Below are positions 52,631-64,000 of a stretch of 64,000 nt of DNA, in pieces. Below the pieces are notes generated by a model that did no database searches, was not told where the DNA came from, and worked only from the letters and a program-made list of their open reading frames with translations. Numbering within the stretch: the first letter of the stretch is position 1; each line of letters begins with the position of its first letter. This DNA is from Mobula hypostoma (taxonomy: Eukaryota), in assembly GCF_963921235.1 (NCBI RefSeq), contig NC_086101.1:30008001-30072000 (forward strand), read 5' to 3'. Position numbers and translations under genes: made by a program.

Positions 52631-53189
52631 TAAATGTGGATTTGCTGAGTCAAAGGGACTGTTTCTGTGCGATATCTCAAAAATTAGGAAGCTCGCAAGG
52701 CAGCATTTTTATGGTGGTGTGATAAGTCAGGGGAAATGCTGTAATTAGCTGCGGGGCTCATTATTCCTTCATCAGGGGCGTGTCGCATTGATGGCAATTG
52801 GAGTTTGTATAAGAAAACACTGGATGGCTGTTGACAGCATGCATGCCAGTAGGAGGCATAAATCACTTGGAGGTCACCGCTGCTATATGGCCTTCCTGCT
52901 CAACCTTCAAGCTCAGCCGGGGATTTCCTGTACAGATCAGGCTCAGGGGAAGCATACACTAGGCAACTGATAATGCAACTTCTCTAGAGGGCCCATTCAT
53001 TTGGATTACTGATTGTGATGCAAGTGGACAACAAAGTGCTCGGTTTGATATTCACTCTTCAGCGAAGTTACATGAATTAAATTTCTTGCAAAATAAGTAG
53101 ATTTATTTTTATTCTGAAAGGTAAAATTTGTTTTCTAAACTATATGTATCTCAACTATTTATAGCCATAGAGTTATAGAGTCATAGAAA

Positions 53190-54420
53190 ACTAACCAGAG
53201 AAACAGGAACTTTGTCCTATCTATTCTGCGCTGAACCATTTAAACTGCCTAGTCCCATTAAACTGCTCCAAAACCATAGCCTTCCATATCCCTCCCATCC
53301 ATGAACCTATCCAAAATTCTCTTAAACTTCGAAAATGAAATTGCATCCAGCACTTGTGCTAGCAGCTTGTTCCACATTCTCATCCCCCTCTGAGTGAAGA
53401 GGTTTTCCCTCATGTTCCCTGTAAACATTTCACCTTTGACCCATACCCCTTGACCTCTAGTTGCAATCTCACCCAAAATTCAATGGAAACACCTGCTAGC
53501 ATTTATCTTATCTATTCTCTCAAAATTCTGTATACTCCTATCAAATCTCCCTCAATCTTTTACATTCTAGGGAGTAAAGTTCTAATTTATTCAATCTTTC
53601 CTTACAACTCAGTCCAAATCAGTCTGGCAACAACTTTGTAAATTTTTGCTGTAATCTTATTTACATCTTCCCTAAATGTAGGTGACCAAAGTTGGCTACA
53701 GTACTCTAAATTAGTCCCCATCAATATCTCTATAACTTCAGCATAACATCCCAACACCTGTACTCAGTACTTTGATCCATGAGGCCAATGTGTCAAAAGC
53801 TCTGTTTACAGCCATAATCTACCTGCGATACAACTTTCAGTGATTTTTTTTTGTGCCCTTCTCTGCCAGAGCCTCGGCGACCACTTTTCAGGTGGTTGTC
53901 TTGGAGGGAAGATTCTGTGAGTGGTCCCCCATGTCCTTCTCCCAGTGCATTTATTTTTTTTTTACGAGGCCAAGTTTTGAGCTTGACACTTAACAAGGCA
54001 CAGATGGAAAGTATGCCCAGGAGCAGCCCAACTGGGTTCAGACTCGGGAACCTTTGCTCCAGGACTCTGCTCTGATGTCACTGTGCCACCAGCCGGCCTT
54101 CAGTGAATTATGGGCCTGTATTCACAGATCCTTTTGTTCAGGTGCACGCCACATTTCTCTACAACTCACTGTGTAAGATCAACTATGGTTGTGCTTCACA
54201 AGGGATCTACACCTCACAATTGTATGCATTAAGTTCCATCTTCCATTATTCAGACTATACTTCCAACTGGTCAGATCCCAATGCAAGCTTTGAGGTTTGT
54301 CCTAACTGTCTACTACACCCCAAATCTTGATGTCATTTTCAAATTTGCTGATGCAGTTAATCACATTATCATACCCAGATCATTGATATAGATGACAAAC
54401 AATAACAAACATAGCAATGA
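53190..54420 (-). mobile_element. CR1 RT-3' end, interrupted by a SINE
   Basis: ENLFTQRGMRMWNKL (53258-53476) and CR1 RT-like sequence to about 54420. Confidence 0.7.
53844..54098 (-). mobile_element. tRNA-derived SINE with poly(A) tail
   Basis: Minus strand starts GGCCGGCTGGTGGCACAGTG (A-box-like), then GGTTCCCGAGTCTGAACC (B-box-like), and ends in an A-run. 8-bp TSD TTCAGTGA at 53836-53843 and 54099-54106. Confidence 0.8.
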
Positions 54421-55845
54421 TCCCTGAGACACTGCACTAGTCACAGGCCTCCAATCAAAATTGGCCTTTTTCTCCAATTTAGAATCTCAACCTGTGGACC
54501 AGACCTATCTTTATGCATATTTACTTTGAAACTAATGGCAGTGTGGTCACTGGATGCAACGTGTTCTCCTACACAGTCTTAAGTCACCTGTCCTGTCTCA
54601 TTCCCTAATAGCAGATCCAGTACTGCATTCTCTCTTGTTGGGATTTCTACGTACTGAACTTTCCCGAATACAGTACATTTGTCAAACTCTATCCCATATA
54701 TTGCTTTTACAGTATGGGATTCCCAGTGAATATGTAGAAAGTTAAAAACACTGACTATAGCAACCTTATGTTTGTTGCAAAAGTCTGTGATCGCTTTACA
54801 AATTTGTTCCCCTAAATCCCTAGGATGGTTGGATGATCCATAATATAGCCCTATTAATTTGGTCCTAACTTTCTTATTTCTAAGTTCTACTCATAAAGCC
54901 TCACTAGTCAAGTTCTTCAGTCTGTCGTGATGGATCACTGCCATGACCATTTCTCTGACTAATAACACCACCTCTCCTCCCTTAATCCCTCCCACTCTGT
55001 CACATCTGAAACAACACAACCCCGGAACACTGAGCAGCCCGCCCTACCCCTCCTGAAAACCAAGTCCCACTAATGGCTACAATGTTATTATTCCAGATGC
55101 TCATCCATGCCCCACGCTCCTCCGCCTTTCCTGTGATACTTTTTGCATTGAAATATATGCAGCTCTGGATACGGGTTGCACCATGCACAACATTTTGATT
55201 CCTGACTTTGTCTGAGGTCTTACCAATATCTGCTTCCACAACCTCTCCACTAACTTCTGACACTCTGATTCCCATCCCCCTGCAACTTTCATTTAAGGCC
55301 CACTGGGCAGCATGAACAAACTTTCCCACTGCAATATGAGTTCTCCTGCAGGTCAGGTGAAAACCTTCTCATCTGTACAGGTCCCACCTTCCTTAGAAAA
55401 GAGCACAATGATCCCACCCTTCTTGCTTGTAATCTTTCCCAGCACAATAGTTGCTTGGTACGCACTGCCAATGTTTGTGGCTCAGTTGACTCTTGGCTGA
55501 AGACAACCATCAGCATCATGAAATCCACTGTGCTCTGAAAAGAGAATGTGAGAAAATTACAGCAGAAAATAGTGCACAACTATCCCGATCCTTTTTTTTT
55601 AAGTTTATTCAGCTCTGAATTCAATCAGTTCACTAACAAAAGGCTTAGAGTATCTGAATTGTGTGCATTCCCAATGCTCCAGCACTGCTCATTGATAATG
55701 CAAGAGCTCTTGCTTTACAAGGCAGAAAATATGTAAACACTTCTATTCATGGGCTGGTGACAGAATACATTAACAATGAAGAATCAATCCAGGGCCTGAT
55801 TCTAGGTCCTTGATCTTTGAATGACTTCACCTGAAGCCCAGTTAC

Positions 55846-55889
55846 CTGTGTGAGGGATTCCAGAGAGGCAACAGACGATGATTCGCAGT
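55846..55889 (-). other. Possible 44-nt exon of an unidentified minus-strand transcript
   Basis: CCTGTTGCAG|ACTG...ACAG|GTAACT in non-repeat-like sequence; weak pyrimidine tract. Confidence 0.3.
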
Positions 55890-56827
55890 CTGCAACAGGA
55901 CTAGCATGCTCACTTCTGATGGACAATGATAAAGGTTTGTGTTAACTTCTCAGACTTCACATAATCCAATGCTTCATTGGCATGTTGAAAATCCACTGCA
56001 ATGTTAGAGGAACAGTATTGCAGGATAACCATTATAAAAGAGGAGAGACTGTAGCTGTGCTGAACATGTTTGGAATTGGAATTGGAATTGGTTTATTATT
56101 GTCCACTGTATTGAGGTACAGTTAAAAGCTTGCCCCATACAAATGAGATTGTTACATTGTGCATTGAGGCAGAATAAGCAAGAACAATAACAGTACAGAA
56201 TAAAGTGTAACGGCTACAGAAAAATTGCAGTGCAGGTAAACAGTAAGTTGGAAGAACATAACCAGTTAGATTGATACAAAAAGATTCAAAGATTTGAAGT
56301 ATAGTTTTTATCTAGGTATGCATGCAGCATACAACCCTGAGATTCATCTTCCCCACTGACAGCCCTGAAACAAATAAAACCATGGAACCTGGTCAAAGAA
56401 AGACATCCACCTCCTGCCTCCCCCATGTACAAAACTATCAAATGTGCAAATGGCAGATAAAGAGCATGTATATAAAACACAAATTTGAAAGAGCCAGTGT
56501 AGCTTATCTGCAGGCCACTCCAATCCAAAATAGCGTAAAATAGCAAGAACAAAAAAAATGCGACTGGAAGCCAGAAACACAAATAAATGTGACCTACAGA
56601 GCCCAATCCACAAACCATGTCAATTAAACCTTGATCGAGATCCAGAACTCTGGCACTATTCTCCAACAGCACAGAGGTAGAGAGTGATCATTCAAAAGCA
56701 GGGACATTTCTTCAGAAGTAGTGGGTGAGAGGGAGGGAGAGACCATCACATGCAGACACCTTCCTCAGGCAGCAGCAAGTTGAGGCTTGTAGATGATAGA
56801 GAACACCCGTTCAGCTTCTACACTCAC

Positions 56828-57060
56828 CTTGAAAGTATCAATCTTTCTCAATGCTTTAGTTGGTGAAATTGGTGAGAAATGGGAGTTGATCATGGGCTCA
56901 CACCCTATCTCCAGACTTCTTGGCTTCGAGGCCACACTCTTCCCTCAATGCATCACAGAAGACCCTCGAAGACAGATAACAAAGTATCAGATTAGTCGAT
57001 CAGTTGAAATATATGTCACCAAAGCATAGATCACAGGCTCCAGCAGTAGCAGAACCAAAT
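56828..57060 (-). other. Probable 233-nt exon of an unidentified minus-strand transcript; possible start ATG at 56893 (MINSHFSPISPTKALRKIDTFK)
   Basis: Strong acceptor TCTTTCACTTCTTTTACATCTTCTTTTTCTTTCAG|A and consensus donor AAG|GTGAGT. All three frames have stops, so the exon is non-coding or 5'UTR plus start. Confidence 0.55.
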
Positions 57061-57801
57061 CTGAAAGAAAAAGAAGATGTAAAAGAAGTGAAAGAAGCAG
57101 TTTTGTCAGCTGTCTTGTGGGTGTCACCCTTGGTCAGGTTGTTCGCTGGCACCATCTTTTTCTGATAAGATGGACTCTTGATAATGAGCTCAAGAGCCCA
57201 TCTCATCATACCAGGGATTTACTTAATAGGTTTATAATAGTACAGGATTAGTATTGCAGGAGTGCCTCACTACTGAAGAATACATAAATTTCAAATTATT
57301 GAGAGAGCTCTGATCATTTAGAGGAGCAGTGTTGAAAGAATGCCAGAACACCAAAGGAAATACGTAATGCAGGTGCTGAAGGCTTCAGAGGATCAGTAAT
57401 GCAGGGCATCAAAGAATACTGGAGGAGTATAATGCTGGTGGAGGTGTGCATTCTCAGTGGAGTGATTCTGAATGGGTGTGCTGGATAAACACTGCAGAAA
57501 TATCATTCTGACAGAATGGCAGTGTTGAGAGAATTCCACTTGTACATGGAGGTTCTCTCAAATTTCTACAGATGCATATTAGAAACTATTCTGATGTATT
57601 ACATTTCTGCCAATGGAACATGTCAAAGGTTTTAAACATAACACAACCCATTGCAGTTTCATTACTTCCTCTGTCTATCCAGCTTCAAAGAAGTATCATC
57701 AAAGGAACCTGCCACCTTGCACATTCCCTTTTCTCCCTTCTACCTTCTGGTAGAACAGACGAGAGCCTAAAAGCCAGAATGACCAGATTTAGGAACAGCT
57801 T

Positions 57802-60800
57802 ATAACCGTATAATGATTACAGCATGGAAACCGGCCATCTCAGCCCTTCTAGTCCATGTCGAACTCCTACTCTCACCTAGTCCCACCGACCTGCACTCAG
57901 CTCATAACCCTTCTTTCCTTTCCTGTCCATATAGATGTCCAGTGTAACTTCAAATGACATCGAACCTGCTTCAACCACTTCTGCTGGAAGCTCATTCCAC
58001 ACAGCAACCACTCTCTGAGTAAAGAAGTTTCCCCTCATGTTACCCCTAAACTTTTGCCCTCTTACTCTCAACTCATGTCCTCTTGTTTGAATATCCCCCA
58101 CTCTCAATGGAAAAAGCCTATCCACGACAACAGTATCTATTCCCCCTCATAATTTCAAATCCCTTTATCAAGTCCCCCCTCAACCTTCTACGTTCCAAAG
58201 AATAAAGATCCAACCTGTTCAACCTTTCTCTGTAACTTAGGTGATGAAACCCAGGTAACATTCTAGTAAATCTTCTCTGTACTCTCTCTATTTTGTTGAC
58301 ATCTTTCCTATAATTCAGTGACCAAACCTGTACACATAACTCCAAATCTGACCTCACCAATGCCTTGTACAATTTCAACATTACATTCCAACTCCTATAC
58401 TCCATGCTCTGATTTATAAAGGCCAGCATACCAAAAGCTTTCTTCACATGAGATTCCACTTTCGGGGAACAATGCACCATTATTCTTAGATCCCTCTGTT
58501 CTATTGCATTCTTCAATGCCCTACCATTTACCATGTATGTCCTATTTTGATTAGTCCTACCAAAATGTAGCACCTCACATTTATCAGCATTAAACTCCAT
58601 CCGACATCTTTCAGCCCACTCTTCTAACTGGCCTAAATCTCTCTGCAAGCTTTGAAAACCTACTTCATTATCCACAGCTCCACGTAGCTTAGCATAATCT
58701 GCATTCTTACTCATCCAATTTACCACCCCATCATCCAGATCATTAATGTATATGACAAACAACATTGGACCCAGTACAGATCCCTGAGGCACACCACTAG
58801 TCACCAGCCTCCAATCTGACAAACAGTTATGCACCACTACTCTCTGGCGTCTCCCATCCAGCCACTGCTGAATCTATTTTACTACTTCAATATTAATACC
58901 TAACGATTGAACCTTCCTAACCAACCTTCCATGGTGAACCTTGTCAATGGCCTTACTGAAGTCCATATAGACAGCATCCACCGCTTTACCCTTATCAACT
59001 TTCCTAGGAACCTCTTCAAAAAATTCATTAAGATATTTCAAACATGACCTTCCACGCACAAACCTATGTTGACTGTTCCAACTCAGACCCTATCTATCCA
59101 GATAATTATATACACCATCTCTGAGAATACCTTCCATCAATTTACCCACTACTGATGTCAAACTCACAAGCCGATAATTGCTAGGTTTACTCTTAGAACT
59201 ATTCTTTTACAATGGAACACCATGAGCAATATGCCAATCCTCTGACACCATTGACGTTTCTAATGACATTTGAAATATTCCTGTAAGAGCCCCTGCTATT
59301 TCCAGACTAACTTCTGCCAAGGTCCAAGGTAATATCCTGTCAGGACCCGGAGACTTATCCACTTTTATATTCCTTAAAAGCTCCAGTGTGCCCTCTTCTT
59401 TAATCATCATAGATTCCATAACTTCCCTACCTGTTTCCCTTATTTTACACAATTCAATATCCTTCTCCTTAGTGAATACCGAATAAAAGAAATTGATCAG
59501 AATCTCCCCCATCCCTTTTTGCTCCACACATAGCTGTCCACTCTGATTCACTAAGGACCAATTTTATTCCTCACTATCCTTTTGCTATTGATATAACAGT
59601 AGAATCCCTTGGGATTTATTTTCACCTTACTTGCCAAAGCAACCTCATACCTTCTTTGAGCTTTTCTAATTTCTTTCTTAAGATTCTTTTTCACATTCTT
59701 TATATTCCTCGAGCACCTTATTTACCCCATGCTGCCTATATTTATTGTAGATATCTCTCTTTTTCCAAACCAAGTTTCCAATATCCCTTGAAAACCATGG
59801 CTTTCTCAAACTTTTAACCTTTCCTTTCAACCTAACAGGAACATAAAGATTCTGTACTCTCAAAATTTCACCTTTAAATGACTTCCATTTCTCTATTATA
59901 TTCTTCCCATAAAACAAATTGTCCCAACCCACTCCTTCTAAATCCTTTCACATCTCCTCAAAGTTAGCCTTTCTCCAATCAAAAATCATAACCCTGGGTC
60001 TAGACCTATCCTTCTCTATAATTATATTGAAACTAATAGCATTGTGATTACTGGACCTGAAGTGCCCCACAACACAAACCTCTGTCACCTGACCTATCTC
60101 ATTCCTAACAGGAGATCCAACACTGCCCCTTCTCTAGTTAGTACCTCTATGTATTGCTGTAAAAAACTATTCTGCACACATTTTACAAACTCCAAACCAT
60201 CCATCCCTTTTATGGTATGTGCTTCCCAGTCTATGTGTGGAAAATTAAAATCTCCCACAATCACAACCTTGTGCTTACTACAGATATCTGCTATCTCCTT
60301 ACAAATTTGCTCCTCCAATTCTCGCTCCCCATTGATGGTCTATAATACACCCACAAAAGTGTTACTTCACCTTTTCCATTCCTCAATTCCACCCAAATAG
60401 CCTCCCTAGATGAGCCCTCTAATCTATCCTGCCGGAGCACCGCTGTAATATTTTCTCTGACAAGCAATGCAACACCACCCCTTCTTGTCCCTCCAATTCT
60501 ATCACACCTGAAGCAATTAAATCCAGGAATATTTAGTTGCCAATCACATCCGTCCTGTAACCATGTTTCACTAATAGCTACCACATCATACTTCCAGGTA
60601 TCAATCCATGCTTTAAGCTCATCCACCTTTCTTATAATGCTCCTAGCATTAAAATAAATGCATTTAAGAAATTTTCCACCTCTTACTCTCTGTTTATCAC
60701 TAACTGTGCAAATAACTTTACTAATTTCTTTTCTTCGTTCTCCCCTACATCTGTTCTTGCACTCTGGTTCCCTTTCCCCCTCGTATCTAGTTTAAATCCA

Positions 60801-61939
60801 CCGGAGCCTCTCCAGCAAACCTATCTACAAGAATATTTGTCCCCCTCCAGTTCAGGTGTAAACTGTCCTGTCGGAACAGGTCCCACCTTCCCTGGAAAAC
60901 TGCCTAATTATCTATAAATCTGAAGCTCTCCCTCCTGCACCATGTCTTCAGCCACATGTTGATCTGTGCTATCTTACTATTTCTCAACCCACCTGCACGT
61001 GGCACTGGTAGCAATCCTGAGATTGCTATCCTGGAGGTCCTGGTCTTTAACTTGGTGCCTAACTCCCTAAACTCACCTTTCAGGACCTTCTCACTCTTCC
61101 TTCCCATGTCATTGGTCCCTACATGGAGCACAACATCCGGCTGCTCACCCTCCTTCTTTAGAATACCGAGAATTCGATCCGAGATATCGCGGACCTTGGC
61201 ACCAGGGAGGCAAGAGACCATCCGGGATTCTCGATCTCTTCCACAGAACCTCTTATCTGTCCCCCTAGCTATCGATTCCCCTATCACCACTGCTCTCCTC
61301 TTTTCCCTTCCTCCCTTCTGAGTTGAGGGTCCCATCTCGGTGCCAGAGATGCAACCACTGCAACTTGTCCTTGGTAGATCATCCCCATCAACAGTATCCA
61401 AAATGATGTACTTATTATTGGTGGGAACAGCCACAGGGGTGCTCTGCTCATTCTGTCTATTCCCCTTCCCTCTCCTGACAGTCACCCAGCTACCTGTCTC
61501 CTGACTCTTAGGGGTAACTATCTCCCTGTAACTCCTCTCTATTTCTGCCTCTGCCTCCCGAATGATCTGAAGTCCATCCAGCTCCAGCTCCAGTTCCCTA
61601 ACTCGGTTTGTCAGGAGCTGCAGCTGGATGCACCTTTTGCAGGTGTAGTTATCAGGGACGATTGTGTTCGCCCTGACTTCCCACATCCTGCAAACGGAGC
61701 ACTCGACTGCCCTAACTGCTGCCTCCATTACCTACTCCTAAGGTAATTAGATTTATTAAAGGAACTTACCCGGCCTTACCTCACTTGGAGTGAATCTCTT
61801 CCTCAGCCTCTGCTCGCCAAAGTCTCAGGAGCCAAAGCCTTCCTACTCTGTCTCCCTCTACTCCATCACCCACTGCAACATCACCTGCTCTGTTAATCTG
61901 TTCTATTTTAAACACCTCCGCTGCATCACAGCCCGACTT
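57802..61939 (-). mobile_element. Apparently full-length CR1 (5'UTR, ORF1, disrupted ORF2, 3' tail) inserted in a Rex1-type 3' end
   Basis: 7-bp TSD ACAGCTT at 57795-57801 and 61940-61946. ORF2 pieces 60291-60626, 60094-60318, 59207-59551, 58874-59059, 58118-58837, 57877-58125. Confidence 0.9.
60904..61728 (-). CDS. CR1 ORF1 protein (Cys zinc-binding motif, coiled coil, SGNH/GDSL esterase-like domain); probably cut short by a stop
   Basis: CSVCRMWE..CKRC, LELELDGL heptads, AVVIGESI, VSCLPGA, VVLHVGTND. Confidence 0.85.
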   Translation of the reverse strand: MEAAVRAVECSVCRMWEVRANTIVPDNYTCKRCIQLQLLTNRVRELELELDGLQIIREAEAEIERSYREIVTPKSQETGSWVTVRRGKGNRQNEQSTPVAVPTNNKYIILDTVDGDDLPRTSCSGCISGTEMGPSTQKGGREKRRAVVIGESIARGTDKRFCGRDRESRMVSCLPGAKVRDISDRILGILKKEGEQPDVVLHVGTNDMGRKSEKVLKGEFRELGTKLKTRTSRIAISGLLPVPRAGGLRNSKIAQINMWLKTWCRRESFRFIDN

Positions 61940-62086
61940 ACAGCTTCTGTCAGACTTCTTAAACAATCACCTCTTGTGCAACCACGTTGTTCGACTTACA
62001 ATTCTCTTGCGGTTGTTAATTCTGTTGCCATCATGCTAGCTATTTACATTTTGCAGCACTTCAGATTGCACTACTATTTTTTCACA

Positions 62087-62267
62087 CATAAAAGTCGCTG
62101 GTGAATGCAGCAGGCCAGGCAGCATCTCTAGGAAGAGGCGCAGTTGAAGTCTCGGCCCGAAACATCGACTGTACCTCTTCCTGGAGATGCTGCCTGGCCT
62201 GCTGCATTCACCCACAACTTTCATGTGTGTTGCTTGAAATTCCAGCATCTGCAGATTTCCCCGTGTT
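62087..62267. mobile_element. Mini Penelope hairpin insertion
   Basis: 15-bp TSD TACTATTTTTTCACA at 62072-62086 and 62268-62282; inverted arms plus tail. Confidence 0.85.
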
Positions 62268-62389
62268 TACTATTTTTTCACAATTTGGTTGTTTTCAACT
62301 CATTTCTGTATTTATTGTTGTATTTAATATGATCCGGAACATCGTTTATTCTATGAGCATCATGCAAACAAACAATTTCTTTGCACTTT

Positions 62390-63100
62390 GATGTATATAG
62401 GAGGCAGGGGTTAGTAACTAGACTGATAAGACTGATGATGTGGCAGTTGATATACAGGCAGATGCAGTGTGTAGTGAGACTGCAAGGAAAGGCAGATGAT
62501 TGGGCATAATTGCAGTCAGTGGGATGAGTTGCAGTGTAACATGGTGACAAAATCAAAAAGTGTGATGAAGGCAGGACTGAGGGTGTTATATTTGAATGAA
62601 CAGAGTATACAGAATAAGATAGATGGTCTTGTGCAGTTAGAGATTGGCAGGTATGAAGTTGTGGGCATCAAAGCATCATAACTGAAAGAAGATTATAGTT
62701 GGGAGCTTAACATCCAAGAATACACATTGTGTAAGGGGACAGGCAGGGGTGGAGGTGGCTCTATCGGTAAAAAAATAAAATCAAATTCCAAGAGAAAGGT
62801 AACAGAAGATCAGATGATTTAGAATCTGAATAGATAGAGTTCAGACAACAGAAAGAGTTAAAAGATGCTGATGGGAATTATATACAGGCCCCCAAACAGT
62901 AACCTGGATGTGGGCTACAAATTACAATGGGAGAAAGAAAAGACATGTCAAAAAGACAATGTTCCAAAAGTCATGGCGATTTTGTTATGCAAGTAGATTG
63001 GGAAAATCAGATTGGTGCTGGATCTAACAGAAAGAATTCATAGAATACCCCTGAGGTGGCTTTTTAGTGCAGCTTATGCTGGAGCCCATAAGGGGAAAGG
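62390..63100 (+). mobile_element. Old CR1 fragment (ORF1 end/endonuclease)
   Basis: LRVLYLNEQSIQNKID..GRYEVVGI; GIIYRPPNS-like segment near 62875-62900. Confidence 0.7.
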
Positions 63101-63102
63101 CT

Positions 63103-64000
63103 GTCAACAGGAATTCTGCAGATGCTGGAAATTCAAGCAACATACATCAAAGCTGCTGGTGAACGCAGCAGGCCAAGCAGCATCTATAGAAAGAGGTGCA
63201 GTCGACGTTTCAGGCCAAGACCCTTCGTCAGGACTAACTGAAGGAAGAGTGAGTAAGGGATTTGAAAGTTGGAGGGGGAGGGGGAGATGCAAAATGATAG
63301 GAGAAGACAGGAGGGGAGGGATAGAGCCGAGAGCTGGACAGGTGATAGGCAAAAGGGGATACGAGAGGATCATGGGACAGGAGGTCCGGGAAGAAAGACA
63401 AGGGGGGGGGTGACCCAGAGGATGGGCAAGAGTTATATTCAGAGGGACAGAGGGAGAAAAAGGAGAGTGAGAGAAAGAATGTGTGCATAAAAATGAGTAA
63501 CAGATGGGGTACGAGGGGGAGGTGGGGCCTTAGCGGAAGTTAGAGAAGTCAATGTTCATGCCATCAGGTTGGAGGCTACCCAGACGGAATATAAGGTGTT
63601 GTTCCTCCAACCTGAGTGTGGCTTCGTCTTTACAGTAGAGGAGGCCGTGGATAGACATGTCAGAATTGGAATGGGACGTGGAATTAAAATGTGTGGCCAC
63701 TGGGAGATCCTGCTTTCTCTGGCGGACAGAGCGTAGATGTTCAGCAAAGAGGTCTCCCAGTCTGCGTCGGGTCTCACCAATATATAAAAGGCCACATCGG
63801 GAGCACCGGATGCAGTATATCACCCCAGTCGACTCACAGGTGAAGTGATGCCTCACCTGGAAGGACTGTATGGGGCCCTGAATGGTGGTAAGGGAGGAAG
63901 TGTAAGGGCATGTGTAGCACTTGTTCTGCTTACACGGATAAGTGCCAGGAGGGAGATCAGTGGGGAGGGATGGATTCCACCTCCAACGGGATCCCACCAC
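63103..64000 (-). mobile_element. Penelope-like element 3' part: GIY-YIG endonuclease + pLTR; runs off the window end
   Basis: CxxxxCxxC, VIYCIRCSRCGLLYIGETRRRL, EHL, VATHFN, LEEQ, GMN (63530-64000). pLTR and tail at 63103-63240. Confidence 0.93.
63200..63235 (-). ncRNA. Minimal type I hammerhead ribozyme motif in the Penelope pLTR
   Basis: AGUC CUGACGA A GGG-UCUUGG-CCU GAAA C GUC GACU: stem I AGUC/GACU, core CUGANGA/GAAA, loop-less palindromic stem III ACGU, cleavage triplet GUC. Confidence 0.75.

Noticed and set aside
13305-63240. Recurring near-identical palindromic repeats as a CRISPR-like array
   Set aside because: Dispersed over tens of kb, each with its own TSD, no spacer periodicity, no cas genes, eukaryotic context. 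They are Penelope pLTR pieces.
491-63848. The many 60-160 aa ORFs overlapping repeats on the opposite strand or in other frames
   Set aside because: Antisense or alternative-frame shadows of CR1, Rex1, RTE and Penelope sequence, with no independent motifs.

Overview
Vertebrate, repeat-dense genomic DNA. The CR1, Rex1/Babar, Penelope and V-SINE repeats and the receptor type point to a cartilaginous fish, most likely a ray (inference; no database search was run). The only clearly intact host genes are two tandem, same-strand, two-exon class A GPCRs of the GPR139-like type (9452-12050 and 38936-40419). They are about 79% identical by manual count, and each has a TATAAATA about 75 bp upstream of the ATG. 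The rest is a nested stack of mobile elements, many with readable target-site duplications (TSDs). Main points: (1) a decayed retroviral pol fragment (protease, candidate 2H-phosphoesterase domain, RT start) split by a young GC-rich RTE LINE with a 32-bp fold-back at its 5' junction; (2) a Chapaev-3-type transposase split by a CR1; (3) four mini Penelope insertions forming hairpins, with minimal hammerhead ribozyme motifs; (4) a solo LTR just upstream of the second receptor; (5) an apparently full-length CR1 whose 5'UTR carries splice donors pointing at orphan minus-strand exons; (6) a candidate conserved non-coding element. Boundaries given without a TSD are approximate. Family names come from recognised protein motifs, not from alignments.
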